NCBI GenBank assembly: GCA_026387355.1
Contig: JAPLLW010000008.1
Coordinates: 1,016-65,015 of the forward strand
DNA: 64,000 nt
Source: Candidatus Omnitrophota bacterium
GTDB taxonomy: Bacteria; Omnitrophota; Gorgyraeia; Gygaellales; Profunditerraquicolaceae
Direction of reading: 5' to 3'
Shown: positions 56,131 through 64,000 of the stretch, in pieces
Numbering within the stretch: position 1 is the first letter of the stretch
How the letters are laid out: every line of letters begins with the position of its first letter
Notes under the pieces: generated by a model
What the model was told of the DNA's origin: nothing
The model's database searches: none
The model's input: the letters and a program-made list of their open reading frames with translations, nothing else
Program-made: the position numbers and the translations under genes

Positions 56131-57128
56131 TTTTCTGTAAAGAGAGAGCTCTAAAGAAGGAAATTATAAATGTCGGCAAGCGGCTTTATCAAACAGGCCT
56201 GGCTGTTGCTAAATCCGGCAACATTAGCGCCCGGTTAGACGATGAGCATATTTTGATTACGGCAACTGGAACTTCTTTAGGTAATTTGAAATATCAGGAT
56301 ATAGTTAAAGTAGATTTAGAAACAGGCAGGGTTTGTGGAAATATTAATCCTAGTTCTGAGTTACTGCTGCATTCTTTGGTCTATAAGAATTTTAAAGCAA
56401 AAACCGCGATTCATTGTCACCCTCCGTTAATTAACGGATATTTTGCGGTGACTGATGACTTAAAGGCGTTGACTTTTGAAACTAAATTCTATTTAGGCAA
56501 CGTTCCTGTAGTTGCGCAGGAGACACCTACTGTAACTAAGCCCGAAGCAGTAATCGCGGCTCTTAAAACAAATAACCTGGTTGTACTTAAGAATCACGGT
56601 ACAGTTGCTATTGCTGATAAGTTTTCAGATGGCCTTAGTCTTACTGAAGCCTTAGAAGAGGCAGTGCGTACAACCGCGCTAGCCAGGATCTTTAAGAAAG
56701 ATATTCTTGATGACTTGGATAAAGCTACGAAAGATGACCTAAGTAAGTCTATTGCTTTCCCGATGTTTTCCCGTGAGCATATTCAGGCGATTGTTGATCT
56801 GGTGAATAAGGATGAGTTTATCGCCCAGAAGGGGAGAGAGTTGGATTTAACCTTAAAGCTAGCTATAAAGTTAGATGGAAGCGATAAAGCTTACAAATTT
56901 AACTTTGAAAAAGGAAAGATTGTTAAGTTGGATTTTAATGCTGATGCGCCATTTGTTATCTCTGCGCCAGCAGCTGTCTGGGAGCAGGTTTTCCTGGGTA
57001 AGCTAGATTCATTTGTAGCAGTTACGCAGGGTAAGATGAAATTAACAGGCCAGTTAGGGCAGCTATCTAAATGGTATGTTCCGTTTTCGCGGCTTTTTGG
57101 GATATTTAAGGAAGTAAGGATAAAGTAA
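56127..57128 (+). CDS. class II aldolase/adducin domain fused to a C-terminal SCP2 lipid-binding domain
   Basis: SGNISAR, PSSE, HCHP, NHG; C-terminus W..VF.GKLD...A..QGKMKL.G. Confidence 0.82.
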   Translation: MIFCKERALKKEIINVGKRLYQTGLAVAKSGNISARLDDEHILITATGTSLGNLKYQDIVKVDLETGRVCGNINPSSELLLHSLVYKNFKAKTAIHCHPPLINGYFAVTDDLKALTFETKFYLGNVPVVAQETPTVTKPEAVIAALKTNNLVVLKNHGTVAIADKFSDGLSLTEALEEAVRTTALARIFKKDILDDLDKATKDDLSKSIAFPMFSREHIQAIVDLVNKDEFIAQKGRELDLTLKLAIKLDGSDKAYKFNFEKGKIVKLDFNADAPFVISAPAAVWEQVFLGKLDSFVAVTQGKMKLTGQLGQLSKWYVPFSRLFGIFKEVRIK

Positions 57129-57130
57129 AT

Positions 57131-58615
57131 ATGAATAAATACCAACTATTTATTAACGGAAAGTTTGTTGAGACTAAAGAGAAACAGAATATTCTTAATC
57201 CTTCAACGGGCAAAGTTATTGCTGATACAGGGATTGCTTCTCTTAGTGAAGTTGATTTAGCTATTACCAGCGCGCGTAAGGCTTTTGATGAAGGAGAGTG
57301 GCCTAAGCTTTCCCTGGAAGAACGCAAGGGTTTTCTCATAAAGATTAAACAGGGAATCTTAGATTGCGCGGCAGAGCTTGCCAGCATCGAGAGTGCAAAT
57401 TCCGGTAAGCCGATCAAAGAAACAACTTTTATGGACATCCCATCAAGTGCCAAGGCATTTGAAGATATTGCCAATAAATTCGAAAGTTATCTGCATGATG
57501 AGAATATAAATGTTTCAGAAGCTGCAAAAGCGAATTTAAGGCGTGAGCCGGCCGGTGTAGTAGTTTTAATTGTCCCCTGGAACTATCCTTTATTGATTGC
57601 CTCTTGGAAATTGGCGCAGGCACTTGCCGCGGGTAACACAGTGGTAATAAAACCTTCCAGCCTTACTCCTTTAAGTCTGCTTATCTTAGCCAGGATTATA
57701 AAAGAAGCAGGTCTACCCGAAGGGGTAGTAAATATTATTAACGGTAGCGGAAGTGTTATAGGAGAAGCATTGTGTTCGGATAAGAGGGTGGATATGGTTT
57801 CGTTTACCGGGAGTAATGAAGTGGGAAGGCAGATTCTTAATTATTCCTCCAAGAATATCAAGAAATTAACTATGGAGTTAGGAGGAAAATCTGCAAGTTT
57901 AGTATTCTCAGATATGGATATTGATACTGCAGTGAATGCCTCGCTCTGCTCTATATTTTTGAACCAGGGGCAGATGTGTACTGCTATGTCGCGCATATTT
58001 GTTGAGGAAGGTATTTTTGATAAATTCACCAAAGATTTTGTGGCTAAGGCTATGCGTATTAAATTGGGCCTTGCCGATGATTACGAAACGCAGATGGGTC
58101 CGTTAATTAGCGATGCTCAGCGTAAAAGAGTTATCGCATTCTTAGAGAAGGCCAAGGCTGAGGGTGCAAAACTTTTATGCGGCGGGAAGATTCCTAAGGC
58201 ACAAGATTTAATAAACGGGTATTTTTTTGAACCCACAGTTGTCGTTAATGTTAACACGCACTCACATATATTCAAAGAAGAGGTTTTTGGGCCGGTAGTT
58301 ATAATTAATGAATTTTCCAGCACTGAGGAAGCTGTGCGTCTGGCGAATGATTCTGATTTTGGCTTAGCCAGCTGTATATGGACTAAAGACTTAAGTTTAG
58401 CAGAAGATTTAGCTAAGAGGATAAATGCCGGGACCATCTGGATTAATACTTACGGTATGTTTTATAATGAGCTTCCATACGGTGGATTTAAGCAGAGCGG
58501 TTTCGGTAAAGAATTAGGCAGGGAGGGATTCCTAGAATATACCAGGCTTAAGAATATAGTTATTGATCAGACGCCCGATGCTAAACCTCTTGTAAATTAT
58601 TGGTATGGATTCTAG
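57131..58615 (+). CDS. NAD(P)-dependent aldehyde dehydrogenase
   Basis: PWNYP, KPS, FTGS, MELGGKS, NQGQMC, EEVFGPV, PYGGFKQSG.G.E. Confidence 0.95.
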   Translation: MNKYQLFINGKFVETKEKQNILNPSTGKVIADTGIASLSEVDLAITSARKAFDEGEWPKLSLEERKGFLIKIKQGILDCAAELASIESANSGKPIKETTFMDIPSSAKAFEDIANKFESYLHDENINVSEAAKANLRREPAGVVVLIVPWNYPLLIASWKLAQALAAGNTVVIKPSSLTPLSLLILARIIKEAGLPEGVVNIINGSGSVIGEALCSDKRVDMVSFTGSNEVGRQILNYSSKNIKKLTMELGGKSASLVFSDMDIDTAVNASLCSIFLNQGQMCTAMSRIFVEEGIFDKFTKDFVAKAMRIKLGLADDYETQMGPLISDAQRKRVIAFLEKAKAEGAKLLCGGKIPKAQDLINGYFFEPTVVVNVNTHSHIFKEEVFGPVVIINEFSSTEEAVRLANDSDFGLASCIWTKDLSLAEDLAKRINAGTIWINTYGMFYNELPYGGFKQSGFGKELGREGFLEYTRLKNIVIDQTPDAKPLVNYWYGF

Positions 58616-58628
58616 CGGATAAGATAAA

Positions 58629-59342
58629 ATGAAGGCGCTTATATCTTTATGGGTTTGGGTAGCTACAGCCGTATTAACAATTACGTTATATTTTGTCGTT
58701 TTTTTTGTCGTAATTATATCCTGGCCTTTTGACAAAAGTAGAAAGCTTGCCCACGCGCAATGTTTTTGGTGGTCAAATTGCATATTGCGTATGAATCCTT
58801 TCTGGAAGCTAGAAGTTAATGGGCTTGAAAATATTGACCATAAAAAGACGTATGTGATTATCTCTAATCACCAGAGTATGGCAGATATCGTCGTGCTTTA
58901 TAAGATCCATACGCAATTTAAGTGGGTATCCAAGGAAAGTCTTTTTCGGGTTCCTTTTATAGGATGGTGTTTATCACTTACTAAACATATAAAGCTTGCG
59001 CGCGGAGAATTCTCAAGTATAAAAAAGATTTATCGCGAAGCCGCAGAATGGCTTAGGAAAGATATGTCGGTATTATTTTTCCCTGAAGGAACTCGCAGCG
59101 AAACCGATGAGATGAATGTTTTTCAGAACGGAGCCTTCAAATTAGCCATAAAAGAAAAGAAACCCATTCTCCCGATTTGTTTAAAAGGCACCCGGGAAAC
59201 TATTCCTAAGGGTAGTTGGGTCTTCAGAGCAACAGTTAAAGCCAGCCTCACAGTATTACCTGCCATTGAAACCAGCCAGTTGTCGCCAGGTGATTTCGTT
59301 TTATTAAGGGATGAAGTTTTTGCCAAGATTAATAGCGCCTAA
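58629..59342 (+). CDS. PlsC-family lysophospholipid acyltransferase
   Basis: NHQS..D (HX4D), FFPEGTRS, F..GAF..A. Confidence 0.92.
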   Translation: MKALISLWVWVATAVLTITLYFVVFFVVIISWPFDKSRKLAHAQCFWWSNCILRMNPFWKLEVNGLENIDHKKTYVIISNHQSMADIVVLYKIHTQFKWVSKESLFRVPFIGWCLSLTKHIKLARGEFSSIKKIYREAAEWLRKDMSVLFFPEGTRSETDEMNVFQNGAFKLAIKEKKPILPICLKGTRETIPKGSWVFRATVKASLTVLPAIETSQLSPGDFVLLRDEVFAKINSA

Positions 59343-59353
59343 GCTAATTTTTA

Positions 59354-59382
59354 TTGACCGCTAGTCACTCTGGAAGTAAAAT
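59354..59382 (+). promoter_or_regulatory. sigma70-type promoter, probably leaderless; marks the end of the PKS operon
   Basis: TTGACC-17-TAAAAT ending 7 nt before ATG 59390. Confidence 0.55.
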
Positions 59383-59389
59383 ATAGACG

Positions 59390-60460
59390 ATGAAAAGCAA
59401 GGTTTACTTTATAGGCGTAAGCGAATCGGATTATTCGTTAACCATTCAAAGTAAGCTCAAGCATCTTCTTGATAAAGCCGGGTTGTTTGACCATATCAAG
59501 GCAAATGACAGAGTTTGCGTGAAATTACATTTTGGTGAGGAAGGCAATACCGGATTTGTTAAACCTGAATACCTGCGTATTATCTGTGATAAGTTAAAAG
59601 GAAAGCTCGCCCGCCCGATATTGAGCGATACGAATACCCTTTATAAGGGCTTGCGTACTAATTCCAAGGATCATCTTAAGCTTGCACATGAACATGGTTT
59701 TACTCCTGAAAATACTGGCGTAGAAGTGATTATCCCTGATGACAAAATAAAAGATAATTGTAAAGAGATAGAGATCAATCAGAAGTTTATAAAGTTTGCA
59801 AAAGTCTCCAGCCTTTTTATAGATGCAGATGCTTTAGTGGGCGTCGCCCATTTTAAAGGCCATATTATGACTGGTTTTGGCGGTGCGCTTAAGAATATCG
59901 GAATGGGTTGCGCTATTCGCGAAGGAAAACTTCAGCAGCATTCAAATATTGCGCCGATTATTTATTTGGATGCTTGTGTTGCTTGCGGCGCCTGCGTGGA
60001 GGCCTGTCCGGTAAAGGCGATAACTCTAAAAGACAAAAAAGCGTATATTGATAGCGCTACGTGTATTGGTTGCGCTAGTTGTCTCGCCGCATGTAATTAT
60101 CATGCAATTGATGTGCATTGGGCATCAGGAGGAGATACGATTCAGGAAAAAATGATTGAATATGCCTCTGCTGTCTTGGGAAAACAAAAAAATAAACCCG
60201 TTTTCATTAATTTCTGCATTAAGATTACCAAAGAATGCGACTGTTTGGCTAAGGATGATCCCAGGGTTGTTTCGGATATCGGGATATTAGCTTCACTAGA
60301 TCCGGTGAGTCTTGATAAGGCCTGTTTGGATATGATTGAGAAAAGAGCAGGCAGGGATATATTCAAAGAATTACATCCTGACCGGGATGGTTATAAGCAG
60401 CTTAAATATGCCGCTGCTTTAGGATTAGGTAATCTCGACTATGATTTATTATCGGTTTAG
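59390..60460 (+). CDS. DUF362 domain protein with a 2x[4Fe-4S] ferredoxin insert
   Basis: KLHFGE.GN, HFKGH...GFGGALKN.GMG, CVACGACVEACP and CIGCASCLAAC, CDC, DPV..D. Confidence 0.9.
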   Translation: MKSKVYFIGVSESDYSLTIQSKLKHLLDKAGLFDHIKANDRVCVKLHFGEEGNTGFVKPEYLRIICDKLKGKLARPILSDTNTLYKGLRTNSKDHLKLAHEHGFTPENTGVEVIIPDDKIKDNCKEIEINQKFIKFAKVSSLFIDADALVGVAHFKGHIMTGFGGALKNIGMGCAIREGKLQQHSNIAPIIYLDACVACGACVEACPVKAITLKDKKAYIDSATCIGCASCLAACNYHAIDVHWASGGDTIQEKMIEYASAVLGKQKNKPVFINFCIKITKECDCLAKDDPRVVSDIGILASLDPVSLDKACLDMIEKRAGRDIFKELHPDRDGYKQLKYAAALGLGNLDYDLLSV

Positions 60461-60486
60461 TATTCTTTGGATTAGGGGAGGTTGAT

Positions 60487-61074
60487 ATGAAGAAAAAGAT
60501 TTTGATTGGCGTCTTGGCTATTTTCTGCGCCGCGTTAATATTTGAAACCGGTTATTTAATAGGCTTAAACAGCAAAATAAAGATCAGGCGAGGTTGGTAC
60601 AGCCAGCGTCGACCTGTAGTGCCGATGAGAAACTTATCTATCCCGGAGTGGGAAGATTCTCGCGATATTGCATTTCTGCAAAGAAGCCTTGAGCGCGGGC
60701 AGCCGATTAGGCCGCCAATTCAAAAGAGTGGGTACTTCTTTGTTACCGCAATGACTTCTAAAGATATCGGGAATGAGCGTATAATTAGCATTAATCTTCC
60801 TGGTTTGAATAAGGATGCGATTAAGGTTGAGGTTAAGGGCAAGCAGTTAACCATTCAGGCGCTGCAAAAACAAGCCGAAAGAATTGATAAAAAGGGTTTT
60901 CACCAGGAATCTTCCAGCGCAACTAATTTTTTGCAGGTAATCCCTTTACCCGAGAATGCTATAGCGCATAAAATTCGCGCAGAGTATATGCAGGAAGTGC
61001 TTACCATTACCATCCCTATGGCCAAAGAGGTGAGAAAGCCGAAAGCAGCCGTAGTTAAAATCGACGTAAAGTAG
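60487..61074 (+). CDS. membrane-anchored Hsp20/alpha-crystallin domain protein
   Basis: N-terminal TM; LPGL.K..I.V, LP, A.Y...VLTITIP. Confidence 0.75.
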   Translation: MKKKILIGVLAIFCAALIFETGYLIGLNSKIKIRRGWYSQRRPVVPMRNLSIPEWEDSRDIAFLQRSLERGQPIRPPIQKSGYFFVTAMTSKDIGNERIISINLPGLNKDAIKVEVKGKQLTIQALQKQAERIDKKGFHQESSSATNFLQVIPLPENAIAHKIRAEYMQEVLTITIPMAKEVRKPKAAVVKIDVK

Positions 61075-61120
61075 ATACAATATAATTAGACAGTTTTAAG
61101 ATTTATTTATTAATCTTTAA

Positions 61121-61148
61121 TTGATTAGTTTTTCATTAGCGGTAAAAT
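61121..61148 (+). promoter_or_regulatory. sigma70-type promoter, probably leaderless for tolC-2
   Basis: TTGATT-16-TAAAAT ending 7 nt before ATG 61156. Confidence 0.5.
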
Positions 61149-61155
61149 AGTATCA

Positions 61156-62511
61156 ATGGAGAGAATGGCAATAGCAAAACATCCGCGCCCACCTTATAAA
61201 ACTGTTTTCTTCCTTTGTTGTATCCTTTTAAGCCTTGTCTTTATCCAATCTTTGATTGCTGACGATGTAATTGATAAGCCGGTCTGCCTAACTTCGGTTA
61301 AAGACGCTATCCTTTTAGCTTTCAAGAATAACCTCGCTATCCAGATTCAAGAGAAAGAAGTTGACGCTACCCGTGCCGGAATAATGCAGGCGCGTAGCGC
61401 TATTTTGCCCCAGGTAGATTTTCAAGCCGCTTATACACATAATGAAAAAGTTCCTGCGCAGGATATTTTCTTTGGTTATGAAAATAATAAAATGGTTGGA
61501 CTATCAGCTTCCCAGGTTATCTATGACGGCGGCGCAAGTATTGCCGCGATTAAACAAGCTAAACTTAATTTAAATATCCAGGTTCAGACACTTACTGCGC
61601 AAAAGTTAGATGTTGAGTTTGAAGCCAAAAGGCTTTATTACGGTTTGCTTCTAGCCTATGAAACTGAGCGTATAACTAAAGAGCTCTTTGGTCAGGCTAA
61701 GGCTCATTATGAAGATGTAAAAAATAAATTTGAGCAGGGGACTTCTTCAAAGTTTGATCTTTTGCAGTCCAAGATTCAGGTTGCAAAAGTTGTTCCGGAA
61801 TTAATCAAGGCCAAGAACGCAATTGATTTAATCAAGGCAGAATTTAAGAAATTATTAAAGATTAAAATGGAAGATGAGCTTAAAGTAACTGATCAGTTAG
61901 CTTATTTACCAGTAGAAATTAATGAACCGGAATTTTTAAGAATTGCTTATTTAAGCCAACCCCAGATGAATATACGCGCTCTCGGTATTGATGTAAATAA
62001 ATGGGCGATCCAAGTAGCCAGGGCGAGCAACCGGCCGCAGATTAATGCATCAGGAAATTTAGCGTATAATACAAATAAATTAGACAAAATGTTTGATGCA
62101 TCCCAGCGCAATTGGAACGCCGGAATCAGCGTAAGTATACCTATCTTTGACGGGTTTTCTTCCAAGGCAAAGGTTGATGCCGCCAAGTCGCGTTACGAAG
62201 AATCTCGCCTGCAGAAAGAAGATACAGGAGATCAGATTGCCGTGGATATCCGCCAGGGTTGTCTGGACCTAAGGCAGTCACAAGCGATTATTGATTACAC
62301 AAAAGATAATATTGATGAGGCGAAGGAAGCCTTAAAGATCTCTGAAGTTAGTTACGATATCGGAGAAGGGACAAATCTTGATGTATTGGATTCACAGGTA
62401 TCTTTAAGTCAAGTAGAAGAGAATTTAGCCAGTGCTGTTTATGATTATCTTATGGCAGATGCATTTTTAAATAAAACTATGGGCAGGCTTTTAGAAGGAG
62501 ATAAAAAATGA
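61156..62511 (+). CDS. TolC-family outer membrane protein
   Basis: A..NN, LPQV, G..SKFDLL, SIPIFDGF, G.GT.LDVL. Confidence 0.9.
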   Translation: MERMAIAKHPRPPYKTVFFLCCILLSLVFIQSLIADDVIDKPVCLTSVKDAILLAFKNNLAIQIQEKEVDATRAGIMQARSAILPQVDFQAAYTHNEKVPAQDIFFGYENNKMVGLSASQVIYDGGASIAAIKQAKLNLNIQVQTLTAQKLDVEFEAKRLYYGLLLAYETERITKELFGQAKAHYEDVKNKFEQGTSSKFDLLQSKIQVAKVVPELIKAKNAIDLIKAEFKKLLKIKMEDELKVTDQLAYLPVEINEPEFLRIAYLSQPQMNIRALGIDVNKWAIQVARASNRPQINASGNLAYNTNKLDKMFDASQRNWNAGISVSIPIFDGFSSKAKVDAAKSRYEESRLQKEDTGDQIAVDIRQGCLDLRQSQAIIDYTKDNIDEAKEALKISEVSYDIGEGTNLDVLDSQVSLSQVEENLASAVYDYLMADAFLNKTMGRLLEGDKK

Positions 62512-63344
62512 AGAATAAGAAGAATGTTATTATATTTATTACGTTGATCGCAGTAATTATCCTAGGGGTATTATTATATATTCACATAAAGCAAGGCGAG
62601 AATCGTCATGCGGTTAAGGTTTCCGGGAACATTGAAGGCGATGACGTGCGCATATCTTTTCGAGTGGAAGGCCAGATTGAAGAGTTGCTTGTTGACGAAG
62701 GTTACGTAGTCAAAAAAGGTGACACGGTTGCAAAATTAAAGACTGATGAGTTATCAAAGACCCGGGATAATGCCGCAGGGGCATTGAAAGCGGCAGAATA
62801 TGAGTATGTCCTTGCCAAGATTGATTATGAGCGTGCTGAAAATCTGCTTGCCGCAGGAGGAACCACTACTCAAAAAAGGGACTCAGCTAAGACCAATCGA
62901 GATTCTCTAATGGCGGATGTAGAAAAACTTAAAGCATCTTTGGATTTGGCGCAGACGCGACTGGATTTTACAACCCTAACTTCTCCTCTTAACGGTTATA
63001 TATTAGTTAAAAGCGCTTTAGGCGGCGAGGTTGTTCAAATAGGCGCTCCTGTTTTTACCGCAGTTGATTTGAATAATATCTGGGTAACTGCGTATATCAA
63101 TGAATCAGATTTAGGCAAGGTTAAGCTGGGGCAGAAGGCATACGTAGAAACAGATAGTTACCCCGGTAAGAAATATAACGGCACCGTTTCATTCATATCT
63201 TCCCAAGCAGAATTTACACCTAAATACATCCAGACTACTGAAGAAAGAGTAAAGTATGTTTACAGGATAAAGGTAAGGGTTGATAATTCTAGCCTAGACC
63301 TTAAGCCCGGGATGCCCGCAGACGCCTACATAACGTTTGAATAG
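62508..63344 (+). CDS. HlyD/YbhG-family membrane fusion protein
   Basis: SGNIE, G.I..L.V.EG..V.KG, SP..G, FIS.QAEFTPK.IQT.EER, LKPGMPAD. Confidence 0.92.
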   Translation: MKNKKNVIIFITLIAVIILGVLLYIHIKQGENRHAVKVSGNIEGDDVRISFRVEGQIEELLVDEGYVVKKGDTVAKLKTDELSKTRDNAAGALKAAEYEYVLAKIDYERAENLLAAGGTTTQKRDSAKTNRDSLMADVEKLKASLDLAQTRLDFTTLTSPLNGYILVKSALGGEVVQIGAPVFTAVDLNNIWVTAYINESDLGKVKLGQKAYVETDSYPGKKYNGTVSFISSQAEFTPKYIQTTEERVKYVYRIKVRVDNSSLDLKPGMPADAYITFE

Positions 63345-63347
63345 ATA

Positions 63348-64000
63348 ATGATTACAATTAAGACCGAGAATCTCACTCGTAAATTCGGGACTTTAACAGC
63401 TTTGGATTCTTTGAATCTCGAGGTTAATGAGGGTGAGATTTTTGGTTTAGTCGGCCCGGATGGCGCAGGAAAGACTACAACCATGCGTCTTTTAACTGGG
63501 ATAATGGATCCTACTTCGGGGAATGCCTGGGTTTATAATAAACACACCGTTAAGGAAGCTGAAAGCTTAAAAGAGCAAATTGCATATATGTCTCAGCGCT
63601 TCGGTCTTTATGAAGAATTAAGCGTAATGGAGAATATTAATTTTTACGCTGATGTATACGGGGTTACGAAAGAAAAACGCGAGGCGGATATTGAGCGCCT
63701 GCTTAAATTTTCCGGGCTCCTGCCTTTTAAAGAGCGTTTTGCCGGCAAGCTTTCCGGAGGGATGAAACAAAAGTTAGGGCTAGCCTGTGCTCTTATACAC
63801 ACGCCAAAGGTTTTATTCCTTGATGAGCCTACCAATGGAGTTGATCCTGTCTCGCGAAGAGACTTTTGGAGCATTCTTTACGAACTATTAAAAGAAAAGG
63901 TCACAATATTCTGTTCAACTTGTTATCTTGATGAGGCAGAGCGTTGTGGCAGGGTGGGGCTAATGCATAAAGGAAAGTTATTACGCTGCGAGACGCCGAA
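63348..64000 (+). CDS. ABC transporter ATP-binding protein (YbhF-like), truncated at the window end
   Basis: read from the sequence: MITIKTENLTRKFG, GPDGAGKTTT, LSGGMKQKL, LDEPTNGVDP. Confidence 0.92.
   Translation, partial: MITIKTENLTRKFGTLTALDSLNLEVNEGEIFGLVGPDGAGKTTTMRLLTGIMDPTSGNAWVYNKHTVKEAESLKEQIAYMSQRFGLYEELSVMENINFYADVYGVTKEKREADIERLLKFSGLLPFKERFAGKLSGGMKQKLGLACALIHTPKVLFLDEPTNGVDPVSRRDFWSILYELLKEKVTIFCSTCYLDEAERCGRVGLMHKGKLLRCETP

Noticed and set aside
54135-58615. fluorometabolite or chlorometabolite pathway
   Set aside because: the enzyme logic is parallel, but no fluorinase/chlorinase (DUF62) gene is present in the window
1-64000. tRNA, rRNA, integrase, transposase or prophage marking the PKS cluster as a mobile island
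   Set aside because: none recognised, and no obvious compositional break or flanking direct repeats by eye

Overview
A 64-kb bacterial window, AT-rich and gene-dense, almost all on the + strand. Gene content (PilZ proteins, HD-GYP, TolC, GT9s, B12 radical SAM, DUF362, TIGR04076-like) suggests a diderm anaerobe; Ca. Omnitrophota is a plausible but unverified guess. Block 1 (0.3-32 kb) is a large Wzx/Wzy-type surface-polysaccharide locus. It has two Wzc kinases, a Wza-like exporter, GT4/GT9/CgeB glycosyltransferases, duplicated Zn-finger-methyltransferase + kinase cassettes, a DegT aminotransferase/radical SAM pair, WbqC, PIG-L, WecA, an ExeA-like ATPase, c-di-GMP modules and a decayed GT9. Block 2 (32-42.5 kb) has comM/yifB, an L,D-transpeptidase, accA-padR and a marR-tolC-RND unit with no adaptor gene. 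Block 3 (42.6-59.3 kb) is the highlight: an apparently single operon for an oxygenase-free aromatic type II PKS (KS-alpha, CLF with Arg at the Gln site, ACP, TcmN-like aromatase, second cyclase, SDR). The same operon carries a B12 radical SAM, an amidohydrolase, a phosphorylase/isomerase/aldolase-SCP2/aldehyde dehydrogenase module (5'-deoxyadenosine salvage-like) and a terminal PlsC acyltransferase, and is punctuated by three related GC-rich hairpins. Block 4 (59.4-64 kb) has DUF362, Hsp20 and a TolC-HlyD-ABC exporter cut by the window edge. All family calls come from motif recognition by eye; no searches were run.
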